From Spirochaetia bacterium (GTDB lineage: Bacteria; Spirochaetota; Spirochaetia; UBA9216), in contig OY776510.1 of assembly GCA_963675665.1 (NCBI GenBank), forward strand, positions 1,440,001 through 1,504,000: a DNA stretch of 64,000 bases, in the 5' to 3' direction. Under the pieces are notes generated by a model. That model did no database searches. It saw only the letters and a program-made list of their open reading frames with translations, and was not told the DNA's origin. Positions 11,612 through 21,822 of this stretch are shown here, piece by piece. Each line of letters opens with the position of its first letter. The stretch's first letter is position 1. The position numbers were made by a program, and so were the translations under genes.

Positions 11612-12085
11612 CTATACAGGTACCATCAATACCACAGCATGAGCCTCAACAGCCTTGCCTGCGCCGACTTCGCCGAGGCCTTCGTTGGTTTTGGCTTTTA
11701 TGGAAACAGCCGACGGCTTAATTCCGGCTGCCTGGGCGAGCTTTAAACACATTGTTTCTATGTAAGGTTTTAATTTAGGTGTCTGCAGGATTACTGTTGA
11801 ATCTATATTCGAAGGTTTCAGCCCAAGTTTTGCGGCAATTTTGACGGCTTCAGTGAGCAGTTTCATGCTGTCGGCGTTTTTCCATTCGGGGTCGGTGTCC
11901 GGGAAATGTGTTCCTATGTCGCCTGCTGCAGCGGCGCCGAGTATCGCATCAATAACCGCGTGGGCAAGCACGTCGCCGTCGGAATGGGCAACAACTCCGA
12001 AAGCGGAAGGAATGTCAACACCGCCCAAAACAAGTTTGCGTCCTTCTTCCATCCGGTGAATGTCCCAACCCTGGCCGATTCTCAT
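11612..12085 (-). CDS. ispF: 2-C-methyl-D-erythritol 2,4-cyclodiphosphate synthase
   Basis: MRIGQGWDIH, HSDGDV and KAKTNE motifs. Confidence 0.96.
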   Translation of the reverse strand: MRIGQGWDIHRMEEGRKLVLGGVDIPSAFGVVAHSDGDVLAHAVIDAILGAAAAGDIGTHFPDTDPEWKNADSMKLLTEAVKIAAKLGLKPSNIDSTVILQTPKLKPYIETMCLKLAQAAGIKPSAVSIKAKTNEGLGEVGAGKAVEAHAVVLMVPV

Positions 12086-12831
12086 TCTGCCGCCTCCGTA
12101 TTATGGCCGGACTCTGAAAGCAGCAAATCTTCAGCATAAGTTATCTTACGGTTTGCCTTACTGCCTTCAACGGTATAAACGTCGCCTTCGTAGCGGCTGA
12201 ATATTTCCGTGTCGTCAATATACCGCCTTCCGTCGGCGGCTGCCCGGTCGTGTGCAGCAAGAATTTCATTAAATGCAAAGGCCTGGGGCGTCTGTACGCT
12301 GACGGTTTCCTTTCTAGGCAGGTGTCCTGTGATTATACCGTCGGAATTTATTTCTTTCATTGCATCTATTGACTGAATTATCGGAGCGCAGGCCCTGTGA
12401 CGTACACATCCGGAGGCTACACGTTTTATCAGTTCCGTGTCTGCCCACGGACGAGCTCCGTCATGAATGAGAACATATCCGTTATCCTGGAGCCCGGGGC
12501 ATTTCCCGGCAAGATGTTTCAGTCCGAGGTGGACCGACTGCTGTCTTTCAGCGCCGCCGTCGCAGAGAAGAAGCGGCATCGACAGTTTTCCCATTTGGGG
12601 TGCAAGCACCTCAAGCAGCTTCCTGACCTCATTTTGAGTGCCGGGTTTACATGTTACCAGACCAAAGCTGAATAAAGAGGTGTCAAGGAAATTTTTAAGG
12701 GTAACGGCTATGACCGGCATGCCGCCTATATTACGGAACTCTTTTTTTATTCCGTTTCCCATTCTGGTTCCGGATCCTGCCGCAGTAATTATAAAAGCGA
12801 AAAGGTTCTTTCCGTCCGGAATGGGAATCAT
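12082..12831 (-). CDS. ispD: 2-C-methyl-D-erythritol 4-phosphate cytidylyltransferase
   Basis: AAGSGTRM, IHDGARP, QTPQAF and NRKIT motifs. Confidence 0.93.
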   Translation of the reverse strand: MIPIPDGKNLFAFIITAAGSGTRMGNGIKKEFRNIGGMPVIAVTLKNFLDTSLFSFGLVTCKPGTQNEVRKLLEVLAPQMGKLSMPLLLCDGGAERQQSVHLGLKHLAGKCPGLQDNGYVLIHDGARPWADTELIKRVASGCVRHRACAPIIQSIDAMKEINSDGIITGHLPRKETVSVQTPQAFAFNEILAAHDRAAADGRRYIDDTEIFSRYEGDVYTVEGSKANRKITYAEDLLLSESGHNTEAAE

Positions 12832-13340
12832 TCTTCAATTTCTAACCGGCTGAAGATCAGTTGTTCAACTTCGGATTTTGTTTTCCCGAGTGAAAAAGAG
12901 ACCTCGTCAACAAGAAGTTTAAGAGCGCTGTCGAACAGTTTTCGTTCGAGTATGGGCAGTTCCTTAACCTTGCTTCGGTGGTAAAGAGTTCTGACTACAG
13001 TTGCAATATCGGTTACGCTGCCGCTTTTCAGAAGATCAAGGTTCATCTGATATCTCATCTTCCAGTCTGCGGTTACCGGTTCATAGTCTTCAGAAATAAG
13101 CTGAAGAGCCTTCTTCGACTCTTTTTCACTTACAATAGCACGGATTCCAAGCCCTTCGGCCTTGTCCGTAGGAACCATTATTGTCATATCGCTTACTTCA
13201 AGATAGATGATGTAATAAAGAACGTCTTCACCCTTGAATTCTTTCTCTTCGATACTTGTTATTTTGCCTACACCCTGAAGAGGGTATACAACTTCCTGGT
13301 CAACCTTGAAGGTTGTTGATTTTGTGTTATTTACGGCCAT
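12828..13340 (-). CDS. carD: CarD-family RNA polymerase-binding regulator
   Basis: VVYPLQGVGKI N-terminus and WKMRY motif; conserved carD-ispD-ispF order. Confidence 0.92.
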   Translation of the reverse strand: MAVNNTKSTTFKVDQEVVYPLQGVGKITSIEEKEFKGEDVLYYIIYLEVSDMTIMVPTDKAEGLGIRAIVSEKESKKALQLISEDYEPVTADWKMRYQMNLDLLKSGSVTDIATVVRTLYHRSKVKELPILERKLFDSALKLLVDEVSFSLGKTKSEVEQLIFSRLEIEE

Positions 13341-13510
13341 ATAATATAATTATAGCTTATTAAAGCAGAATAGTAAATAGAGGCGGGAATATCTGTTATA
13401 CAGTAAGCGTAATAAAACTTTACATAAAATCCAGAATACGTAGAAAAAACATTGACAAATTACGAAAAAAGGTTTATCTGTAAATTACAGAACGAATAAC
13501 GGAGTGTAAT

Positions 13511-14623
13511 ATGAGAATCGGAGTAGCAAAGGAAATTAAAAGACATGAATACAGGGTCGGACTGACTCCTGCAAATACGAGAGCATATATAAATGCAGGC
13601 CATTATGTATCTGTGGAGGCGGGTGCCGGAATGAATGCGGGTTTTCCCGATCAGGCATATATCGAAGCCGGCGCCGTGATTGAAACCGACAAGAAAAAGC
13701 TGTTTGCTGAAGCCGACATGATTATCAAGGTTAAAGAACCGCTGGCTGAAGAATACGATTTGTTTCATGAAGATCAGATTCTTTATACATATCTGCACCT
13801 TGCAGCCGACGAAGCCCAGGCAAGGGCTTTAATGGCAAAAAAAGTAAAAGCCGTGGCATATGAGACAATAGAGGAGTCCGATCGGTCGCTGCCCTGTCTG
13901 ACGCCGATGAGTGAAATTGCCGGGCGTTTGTCGGTACAGGAAGGTGCCAAGTACCTTGAAAAGCCGTTCGGCGGACGCGGTGTTCTTCTCGGAGGAGTGC
14001 CGGGTGTTCCCAGGGGAAAGGTGGCAATTCTCGGCGGAGGTGTTGTCGGAACCAATGCAGCTAAAATGGCTATCGGCTTGGGAGCGGATGTTACTGTGCT
14101 TGATATCAGCGCAAGACGTCTCGGCTATCTTGATGATATTTTTGAGACAAGAATAACAACTCTTTACAGCAATGAAGAAAATATACAAATGGTTTTAAGA
14201 GAAAGCGACCTGATTATAGGCAGTGTTCTTATTCCGGGCGCAAAAGCTCCACATCTTGTCAGAAGAGAACATCTCGGCATAATGAAGCCGGGTTCTGTTC
14301 TTGTGGATGTTGCCGTTGATCAGGGCGGATGTATTGAGACAACTCATCCTACAACTCATGATAATCCTATTTTTGAAGTAGAAGGTATTATACATTACTG
14401 CGTTGCGAATATGCCCGGAGCGGTGTCTCTCACTTCTACTCTTGCCCTTACGGGGGCTACGCTGTCATACGGTCTTCTTCTGGCGGGAAAGGGCGTAGAA
14501 GACGCCGTAAAAGAGTCTGCTGCATTACGCAAAGGGCTCAATATTTATAAAGGACACTGTGTGTATGAACATGTAGCCGAATCGCTTGATTTGGAGTATA
14601 CTCCGTTAGAGACGCTTATATAG
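13511..14623 (+). CDS. ald: Alanine dehydrogenase
   Basis: MRIGVAKEIK...EYRV, GGGVVG Rossmann motif, VDQGGC and VANMPGAV. Confidence 0.96.
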   Translation: MRIGVAKEIKRHEYRVGLTPANTRAYINAGHYVSVEAGAGMNAGFPDQAYIEAGAVIETDKKKLFAEADMIIKVKEPLAEEYDLFHEDQILYTYLHLAADEAQARALMAKKVKAVAYETIEESDRSLPCLTPMSEIAGRLSVQEGAKYLEKPFGGRGVLLGGVPGVPRGKVAILGGGVVGTNAAKMAIGLGADVTVLDISARRLGYLDDIFETRITTLYSNEENIQMVLRESDLIIGSVLIPGAKAPHLVRREHLGIMKPGSVLVDVAVDQGGCIETTHPTTHDNPIFEVEGIIHYCVANMPGAVSLTSTLALTGATLSYGLLLAGKGVEDAVKESAALRKGLNIYKGHCVYEHVAESLDLEYTPLETLI

Positions 14624-14626
14624 GAG

Positions 14627-14769
14627 GAATGATAAAATTGCTTCCATGCAATTTTATCATTTTGAAGTTGTGAAGCAAAAACTGGAGCGCAGTTTAAACT
14701 GCAACACAGTTTAGCTTTACAACTTCACCTGTTAAAAACCCGCATCCTTGCGGGAATGTTTTATAGGAG
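14627..14769 (+). mobile_element. Putative non-autonomous miniature element (MITE) with IS110-identical ends, inserted in an AGGAG site
   Basis: 14622-14637 (AGGAGGAATGATAAAA) equals IS110 left junction 49729-49744. 14759-14769 (TTTTATAGGAG) equals IS110 right junction 51105-51115. The interior consists of three hairpins. Confidence 0.75.
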
Positions 14770-14778
14770 AAGAGGGAC

Positions 14779-15213
14779 ATGCAGCTGGATGAAACCGATT
14801 GGAAGATTATCAATATTCTGAGAGATTCGCATGTCCCCAACAGCTCTATAGCCCGAACCCTTGATTTATCGGAAGGGGCTATTCGGCAGCGGTTGAAAAA
14901 ACTGAAAGATTCCGGAGTTATGATAGTACGTGGAATGATAAACCCGGACATTCTGGAAAACCAGTTGATAGCAATGGTTGCAGTGACTGTAGCGGAATCT
15001 TCTCTTCTTGAGACCAAGGCAATTGAAATTTCCAAACTGGAAAATGTGCAATCTGTAAACATCACTACCGGGAGATATGATCTATTGGTAGAAGTCCTGG
15101 TAGATTCAAACAAAGGACTTGTAAAATTTCTGACCGGGGAACTCTCACAAGTTAACGGAATCTCTTCAACCGAAAGCTTCATTATGCTCAAGGGTTACAA
15201 TAAGTATATCTAA
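14779..15213 (+). CDS. Lrp/AsnC-family regulator (AldR-like)
   Basis: LDETDWKII, HTH and TTGRYDLL motifs; adjacent to ald. Confidence 0.92.
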   Translation: MQLDETDWKIINILRDSHVPNSSIARTLDLSEGAIRQRLKKLKDSGVMIVRGMINPDILENQLIAMVAVTVAESSLLETKAIEISKLENVQSVNITTGRYDLLVEVLVDSNKGLVKFLTGELSQVNGISSTESFIMLKGYNKYI

Positions 15214-15258
15214 AGTCATAAAAAGATCGATTAACTTTTTATAACTTTCCGTTTTTAT

Positions 15259-16869
15259 TCAGGTTGCCGGATTTCCGGTAACCGGCATCATGGCCGCACC
15301 GTCCGGAAGTTCAGGCTTAAGAAGATACATGTATTTAAACGGATGAATATCAAGTACATTCGGATACCAGCCCTGTAGAATATCGACATTCACCGCATTA
15401 AACGCAGGGTAATTTTCTATGGGAAGAACAAGCGCACCTTCAAGAAGGCGCTTTTCAGCTTCCGCCATCAGCTTATAACGTGACTTTGTGTCTTTTTCCT
15501 TAACCGATTCGTTAAGCAGGGCGTCATACAGGGGATCATTGAACCCGGAGTCATTGAGGTTGCTGTCTGCAGTCCACATCTGGAGAAATGTCAGCGGATC
15601 AGCATAATCGCCAATCCATGATGTTGTACCGAGGGAATAACCGGGTTCTTTAAGGCGTGTGTAATATTCATCGAAATCAGAGACTTCGATATTTACCCTG
15701 ATATCGAGGAATTTTTCCCATTCCTGTTTCATTATTCCAGCTACATACATGCTGTCGCGGCTTTCAGGTATCAGAATATTCAATGTTCCTATGCCTGCTC
15801 CCTTTGTGTAACCAGCTTTATGAAGCAGCTGCAGGGCTTCTGTCATGTTTCGACGGTTGATTCCTTCTGCTTCCGGATAACCGGGAATTCCCGGAACCAG
15901 GCCTGTCGAAGGTAGAAAAAAAGCCTGCGGGCTTCTTATCCGATCCCAGGGCAGGATAAGGCTTAAGCCTCTCCGAACATCAGGATCCTTTAACGGGCCG
16001 TCATGGACCGTAAAATAAAAATAGGTTGTTCCGAAAAGGGGGTTGGTAACAATGTCTTCAGCCCGTTCAAGAGCGCCAAGGAAAACTCCCGAAGGAGCCC
16101 AGTGAATACGGCCGCTATTAAACTCGGTCGTTGCTGTTTCAGCGTCATCGGTGAACCTGATATGAAGTTCATCAAGTTTAACGTTTTCAGCATCCCAGTA
16201 AAGAATGTTCTTCTTGAATACAGCGATATCGTTTTTTCGGGAATAAAGAAAAAATGGCCCGTTTCCAATTGCAGACGGCCCGGCTTTCCATTCTCCATTT
16301 TTAAGATTTAGCGGGTTTACTGGCGAGAAGGAATGGTGACAAAGGATTTTAAGGAAATATTCCGCAGCTTCTTTCAGTTTAATCTCAAGTATCAGAGGAG
16401 TTATAACCTTTATCCCGACTTTGGTTTTATCTGTTATTTTTCCGCTGCGGTATTCGTAAGCTCCCTCGATAATATCAAGCATGAATGAATATTCAGCCCC
16501 TTCGTCAGGGTCGATAAGACGTAACCAGGCGTCACGGAAATCTGATGCCGTTACTGTTTCTCCGTTCCAGTATTTTCCGTCCGGCCGAAGAAAGAAAGTA
16601 TAGGTAAGTCCGTCGGAAGACACAATCCATCGTGATGCGGCCCCGGGTACGGGTTCAAGAGTCAGCGGATGGTAGCCGACCAGTCCTTCGTAGATTGCCG
16701 AGTAAAGCTGGGCTTCTGTGGTAGTATAAGAATGGGCGGGATCAAGTTGAAATTCTCCTGAAGAATAATTCATCAAAAGTATATTCTTGTCTGAATCGGC
16801 AAAAACAGGAGATGTTGTTGAAAGAATTAACAATAATACCGACAGCGCACTTATTACTTTTGTTTTCAA
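15259..16869 (-). CDS. Oligopeptide ABC transporter substrate-binding protein (OppA-like)
   Basis: Signal peptide and family-5 motifs LDPA, YEGLV, GNGPF and WIGDYADP. Confidence 0.9.
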   Translation of the reverse strand: MKTKVISALSVLLLILSTTSPVFADSDKNILLMNYSSGEFQLDPAHSYTTTEAQLYSAIYEGLVGYHPLTLEPVPGAASRWIVSSDGLTYTFFLRPDGKYWNGETVTASDFRDAWLRLIDPDEGAEYSFMLDIIEGAYEYRSGKITDKTKVGIKVITPLILEIKLKEAAEYFLKILCHHSFSPVNPLNLKNGEWKAGPSAIGNGPFFLYSRKNDIAVFKKNILYWDAENVKLDELHIRFTDDAETATTEFNSGRIHWAPSGVFLGALERAEDIVTNPLFGTTYFYFTVHDGPLKDPDVRRGLSLILPWDRIRSPQAFFLPSTGLVPGIPGYPEAEGINRRNMTEALQLLHKAGYTKGAGIGTLNILIPESRDSMYVAGIMKQEWEKFLDIRVNIEVSDFDEYYTRLKEPGYSLGTTSWIGDYADPLTFLQMWTADSNLNDSGFNDPLYDALLNESVKEKDTKSRYKLMAEAEKRLLEGALVLPIENYPAFNAVNVDILQGWYPNVLDIHPFKYMYLLKPELPDGAAMMPVTGNPAT

Positions 16870-16887
16870 TTAGGATCCCGTCTATCT

Positions 16888-17622
16888 TCAAAGAATATGC
16901 TGAAGGAAGGTTTTAGTCCTTTCTTCTTTTGGATTCTCAAACAATTCCGAAGGCGATCCGACTTCGATTATTTCACCCTCGTCCATAAAAACTACTCGAT
17001 CAGCAGCAGCTTTTGCAAAACCCATTTCATGAGAGACAACCATCATGGTCATTCCGTCCTTTGCAAGATCCAGCATTACATCAAGGACTTCCTTTATCAT
17101 CTCCGGGTCAAGCGCCGATGTCGGTTCGTCGAAAAGCATAACGCGCGGGTTCATTGCAAGCGCTCTTGCTATTGCAACCCTCTGCTGCTGTCCCCCCGAA
17201 AGCTGACCCGGATAGGAATTTTCCTTCTCGGCAAGTCCTACGCGGGCAAGAAGCTTCCGCGCTGTTTTTTCAGCTTCATCCTTTGATGTTTTTTTGACCG
17301 TCGTCAGTGCAAGCGTGATGTTTTTCATTGCTGTAAGGTGGCTGAACAGGTTGAAATTCTGAAAAACCATTCCGACTTCTTCGCGGATCTTGCGTATGTC
17401 GGAACCCGGTGCGGTTACGGAGTCGTCGTCGACATAAATTTCTCCGGATGACAGCGTTTCAAGTTTGTTTACGCACCTGAGCATAGTGCTTTTTCCGCTG
17501 CCGGAAGGCCCGATAATAAGAACTACCTCACCGGCTTTAATATTCAGACTTGCATTTTTTAAGGCTTGCACATCGCCGAAATTCTTGTATGCATTCTTAA
17601 TCTGTATTCTATGTTCTGCCAT
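16888..17622 (-). CDS. Polar amino acid ABC transporter ATPase (GlnQ-like)
   Basis: [24 protein letters not shown] and [11 protein letters not shown]. Confidence 0.95.
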   Translation of the reverse strand: MAEHRIQIKNAYKNFGDVQALKNASLNIKAGEVVLIIGPSGSGKSTMLRCVNKLETLSSGEIYVDDDSVTAPGSDIRKIREEVGMVFQNFNLFSHLTAMKNITLALTTVKKTSKDEAEKTARKLLARVGLAEKENSYPGQLSGGQQQRVAIARALAMNPRVMLFDEPTSALDPEMIKEVLDVMLDLAKDGMTMMVVSHEMGFAKAAADRVVFMDEGEIIEVGSPSELFENPKEERTKTFLQHIL

Positions 17623-18400
17623 TTACCTTCAACCTTTTTTCCATATACGCTACTATTCTTGATAAAAACAACGTTATTACAAGATAAACAAGAGCAACAA
17701 TCGTGTAAGTTTCAAAGTACAGAAATGTTGTCGAGGCAAACTCCCTGCCGCGTCGCAGAAGGTCCGATACCGCCAGTATGGAAACAAGCGAAGAATCTTT
17801 CAGAAGGGCAATAAACTCATTGCCGACCGGGGGCAGAATAATTTTAAATGTCTGCGGGATAATTACTTTCCATATGGCCTGTGTCCTTGTCATTCCCAAA
17901 GCAAGTGCGGCTTCCATCTGTCCCTGTGGAACACCCTGAATGCCGGCCCTGAAAATCTCACCCATATATGCGCCGTAACAGAATGTCATTGCAATAATTG
18001 CCGATGTCATTCGGGGAAGCTGAACAAGTTTTCCCAGGGCATAGTAGATATAAAAGAGCTGCACAAGCAGCGGAATTCCGCGTACGACTTCTACGTATAT
18101 TGTTGCAATTCTGTTAATTATTTTAATTCGCGACAGTCTGCCGAGTCCCGCGAAAAGTCCGACAAAAAGGGCGAAAATAATTGAGAGAATTGTAACCTGG
18201 AATGTCGTTGCAATACCGTCGGGGATGAACATGAGTATGTCCCTGTACGGATTGGGAGATACTATCGGTAATATTATCAGGATAACAATGGCGCCGAAAA
18301 AAGAAATATTCCAGGCGGAGAATATGGAATTCTCCGCGCTGTCGGGGATTAGCGCCCCGTCCGTGACCTCGATACGTGTTTCTTTATTTATCTCAGCCAC
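17609..18400 (-). CDS. Polar amino acid ABC transporter permease
   Basis: [16 protein letters not shown] (EAA loop) and LLKDSSL. Confidence 0.93.
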   Translation of the reverse strand: MAEINKETRIEVTDGALIPDSAENSIFSAWNISFFGAIVILIILPIVSPNPYRDILMFIPDGIATTFQVTILSIIFALFVGLFAGLGRLSRIKIINRIATIYVEVVRGIPLLVQLFYIYYALGKLVQLPRMTSAIIAMTFCYGAYMGEIFRAGIQGVPQGQMEAALALGMTRTQAIWKVIIPQTFKIILPPVGNEFIALLKDSSLVSILAVSDLLRRGREFASTTFLYFETYTIVALVYLVITLFLSRIVAYMEKRLKVNGRT

Positions 18401-19140
18401 TTATTTTCCAGTTCTTTATCAATACCCTTATCCTGAACGGCTTTTACACCCTTGTTGATAAGATCAAGAACTTCCGAATTGCCTTTCTTTACAGCAATAC
18501 CATAGTACTCATCGGTGAACGAATCGCCCACGATCATCAGTTTGCCTTTGTATGTATCATTCTGAAGAACAAAGTCTGCAGCAATAGGAGTATCGGCTAC
18601 AACGCCTGCGATTCTTCCGTTTGCCAGGTCTTCAATGGCAAATCCGAGTTCGTCGTATGTCTTTAGAACTGCGCCTGAATTATCTATTTCGATTGCGCCT
18701 GTAGTTCCGATCTGGGCTCCTACTTCTTTTCCGTCAAGATCTGCCAGGGTTTTGGCGGAACTTGATGCGTCTACAATAAGAACCTGTCCGGCATTAATAT
18801 ATGGAATAGAAAAATCCATAGTATTTTTTCTTTCATCTGTGATTGTAACCGACGAGATTACAGCATCGTATTCTCCGTTAAGAAGGCCGGCAAAAATTCC
18901 GTCCCAGGCTGTGTTTCTTACTTCGACAGCAAAGCCTGCTTCTTCGGCAACTGCGTTGATAAAGTCGATATCATAGCCGACGATTTCCTTGTCCGAATTG
19001 ACGAACTCCATCGGAGGCCATGTACAGTCTGAAGCGATGACTATTTTCGAAGAATCAGCTTCTTTCTGGCCGCCTGCAAAAGCAGCGAATCCCTGTACCA
19101 TCATAAGCACAGTTAACAGGATAAGAAGAGTTTTTTTCAT
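18388..19140 (-). CDS. Basic amino acid ABC transporter substrate-binding protein
   Basis: Signal peptide and family-3 motifs WPPMEF, GYDID, DFSIPY and KWL. Confidence 0.92.
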   Translation of the reverse strand: MKKTLLILLTVLMMVQGFAAFAGGQKEADSSKIVIASDCTWPPMEFVNSDKEIVGYDIDFINAVAEEAGFAVEVRNTAWDGIFAGLLNGEYDAVISSVTITDERKNTMDFSIPYINAGQVLIVDASSSAKTLADLDGKEVGAQIGTTGAIEIDNSGAVLKTYDELGFAIEDLANGRIAGVVADTPIAADFVLQNDTYKGKLMIVGDSFTDEYYGIAVKKGNSEVLDLINKGVKAVQDKGIDKELENKWLR

Positions 19141-19318
19141 GTCTTTCCCCTTTGTTATTGTGTATAGTTACATTCAGAATATCAGGAAATTTTAATAATG
19201 TCCAACAAGTTTAAGCCCGCCTTTGCAGCAGGGACTGTATATTTTACAGATTGCAGCCGGTTTAAAAACAATCGCTGCAGCTTGAATAAAGTATCCTTAT
19301 ACTGTATGACTATCCACA

Positions 19319-20254
19319 ATGGAGGCATTATTCTCTATCCTCACATTATTTATTTTTCTCGGTGCAGGATTGGCGGCGGCACAGTTCCGTCCCGTACGTG
19401 AAAATCCGCTGACCGAAAGATTTTCGTCATGGATTCTTTATGCCCTGCTTTTTTTCATGGGGTTCAGAATTGCCGCCGGCGCCGGAAGCGAACGTCTTGT
19501 GGAAATAGGGCGCCTCTCAATTGCCTTTGCACTTTCAACAGCAGCTGGAACGGTTGCCGTTCTTTACATAATATATTCTGCAGCGGGAGCTTCCGTCGAT
19601 CGTCCCGGTCAGTCCTGTACAAAAACATCACCGGGCGGCGGTCTTTCACATTTTGCAGCGCTCGGAGAACCCCTGAAACTTCTGTTAATAGTAGTTGCAG
19701 GTTTTTTCTGCGGATGGCTTATCAAAATTCCGGGATTTACCGGCGAAAAGATTTCCGGATGGATGCTCAGGTTTCTTTTATTTGCTATCGGAATAGATAT
19801 GATCAGGGGCGGTATAAACCTTAAAAATACGCTGGCACATCCGGAAACTCTGTATCTTCCTGCGGGAGTCATTGCAGGATCGCTGCTTGGAGGTCTGATT
19901 CCGGCGGTAATATTCGGTATTGAACCGGGGAAAGCCCTTGCAGTCGCTTCCGGTTTCGGATGGTATTCGCTGTCGGGCGTGCTGATAGCCGATATGGGAG
20001 ATCCCGTTCTCGGCTCTGCGGCATTTATGTCCAATATACTGCGTGAAACAATCGCCCTTCTTTCAATACCGTTGATTAGCAGAACACGTTTTCCGCATAT
20101 AGGCATAGGCGTGGCAGGCGCTACTTCAATGGATGTAAGCCTGCCCCTTGTTGAGAAATGCTGCGGTCCTGAATCAGTTCCGGTTTCGGTTGCAAACGGA
20201 GCTTTACTTTCACTGCTTGTGCCGGTTTTAGTGCCCCTGTTCTTTCAGCTTTAA
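19319..20254 (+). CDS. LysO (DUF340) lysine exporter family protein
   Basis: SGFGWYSLSG and GATSMD motifs; multi-TM. Confidence 0.85.
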   Translation: MEALFSILTLFIFLGAGLAAAQFRPVRENPLTERFSSWILYALLFFMGFRIAAGAGSERLVEIGRLSIAFALSTAAGTVAVLYIIYSAAGASVDRPGQSCTKTSPGGGLSHFAALGEPLKLLLIVVAGFFCGWLIKIPGFTGEKISGWMLRFLLFAIGIDMIRGGINLKNTLAHPETLYLPAGVIAGSLLGGLIPAVIFGIEPGKALAVASGFGWYSLSGVLIADMGDPVLGSAAFMSNILRETIALLSIPLISRTRFPHIGIGVAGATSMDVSLPLVEKCCGPESVPVSVANGALLSLLVPVLVPLFFQL

Positions 20255-20273
20255 TCTGGACGGGTCCTGATAT

Positions 20274-21779
20274 TTAAACATCGCAGATTCTTATTGTTTC
20301 CAGGCTTTTATCGCTGATACCATGAAGGTGGCGGCCTTCTTTTTTTACCTGATCAAGATAAGAGCAGATTTCCTCTGTAATAATTTCTCCCGGGTAAACA
20401 ACCGGAATCCCCGGTGGATAGGGGGCTGCCGGTTCAGCTGCAATCTTTCCGGTCATTTCCTCCCATCGAATACAGCGGGTTTCGGAATAATATGCCTGCC
20501 TGGGTGTTAATGCCATTTCCGGAATCTCCGGCAACCTGCCTGTTGCTTCGGTTCCGGTTGCTTTAGCCGGCATCGACGATGGCAAGCGGGAGATCGGAAG
20601 GATTTTGGAGATTTTTTCAAGCGCATCAATGAAAATCTTTGCTTCATCGTCGGTATTTCCGTAGCTCAGAAGCAGCAGAATATTGCGTGAATCGGCCATC
20701 TCGATGTCGATGCCGAATTTCCCCCAAAGCAGGTCTTTTAATTCATAGCCTGAAATGCCTGCATTATCGCAGTTGATAACCAGGCGCGTAGGGTCCGCAT
20801 CAAAGGCCCGGCAGTTTTTAAGTGTTTCCCTGTCCGGGCACCTGAATCCGGGGATATCGTTGGTTTTTATTCTTATTTTCCCGGCAAGTTCAATTGTACG
20901 GTTCAAGTATTCCTCACCATGCAGTTGCAGATCGTTTCGGGCCAGTTCAAGAGAGGTCAACAGAATATAAGACGGGCTTGTGCTCATTGTCATTCGCAGC
21001 GCAGAATCAATCCTGTGAACGTTTATTCTGCCGCTTTGAACTGCTCTGCGGCCAAGATGAAGCAGTGAACTTTGGGTCAGGGCCCCGGCTGTCTTGTGCA
21101 GCGACTGGGCGCATGCATCCGCTCCGAGGCTTAAAGCTCCGGCCGGAAGGTTTCTGCAGAAGTACAGGTGTGCGCCGTGTGCTTCATCGACAAGAAGCGG
21201 TATATCATAACCGTGGGCCGATACGGACAGGCTTTCAATATCGCTGCAGATGCCGTGATATGTCGGGCTGACGGCGAAAACGGCCTTGCTGTCGGGGTGT
21301 TTCTGAAGTTTCCGTTTTACGGTTTCGGAGTCCAGTTTTCCCATAATTCCGAACTCTTCGATGTAATCAACCGGCATGTATACCGGTCTGGCGCCGCTGA
21401 TTATCAATCCGGCCATAACCGATTTATGAACATTACGCGGAACAAGAATTTTATCCGGACGGCCGTTACAACCTTCCCCTGCTGCAGCCATAATCATCGA
21501 CTGGTTGCCGCATGTTGTTCCGTTGACCAGGTAGAAACTCTTTTCTGCTCCGAAAGCTTCTGCGGTATAGCGCTGGCTGTCGGCAATAACATTTTCAGGA
21601 TTATGAAGATCATCGGCTGCAGGGGTTTCGGTAACGTCTATTTTAAAGATTTTGCTGCCCGCAAAGTCTGTGAAGGGCGCCGGTATCCCCCTTTCAAAAC
21701 GGTGCCCCGGAATGCGGAAATATCCGTTGGTTCGTTCCGAGTACTCTTTCAGTGAATCAAATAATGGGGTTTGCGACAT
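20274..21779 (-). CDS. Orn/Lys/Arg decarboxylase (PLP fold I)
   Basis: LVNGTT, RNVHKS, VDEAHGAH, QSLHK (PLP lysine), STSPSY and YPPGIP. Confidence 0.92.
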   Translation of the reverse strand: MSQTPLFDSLKEYSERTNGYFRIPGHRFERGIPAPFTDFAGSKIFKIDVTETPAADDLHNPENVIADSQRYTAEAFGAEKSFYLVNGTTCGNQSMIMAAAGEGCNGRPDKILVPRNVHKSVMAGLIISGARPVYMPVDYIEEFGIMGKLDSETVKRKLQKHPDSKAVFAVSPTYHGICSDIESLSVSAHGYDIPLLVDEAHGAHLYFCRNLPAGALSLGADACAQSLHKTAGALTQSSLLHLGRRAVQSGRINVHRIDSALRMTMSTSPSYILLTSLELARNDLQLHGEEYLNRTIELAGKIRIKTNDIPGFRCPDRETLKNCRAFDADPTRLVINCDNAGISGYELKDLLWGKFGIDIEMADSRNILLLLSYGNTDDEAKIFIDALEKISKILPISRLPSSMPAKATGTEATGRLPEIPEMALTPRQAYYSETRCIRWEEMTGKIAAEPAAPYPPGIPVVYPGEIITEEICSYLDQVKKEGRHLHGISDKSLETIRICDV

Positions 21780-21822
21780 CGGTTACAGTATACAGTCAAT
21801 ACGGGGCAACAACAACTGCTCC

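Noticed and set aside
14694-15191. 165-aa minus-strand ORF over lrp, and other long antisense ORFs (6268-7005, 21752-22477, 23964-24758, 52922-53689, 56301-57092)
   Set aside because: Shadow frames of well-supported genes on the opposite strand, with no recognisable motifs.
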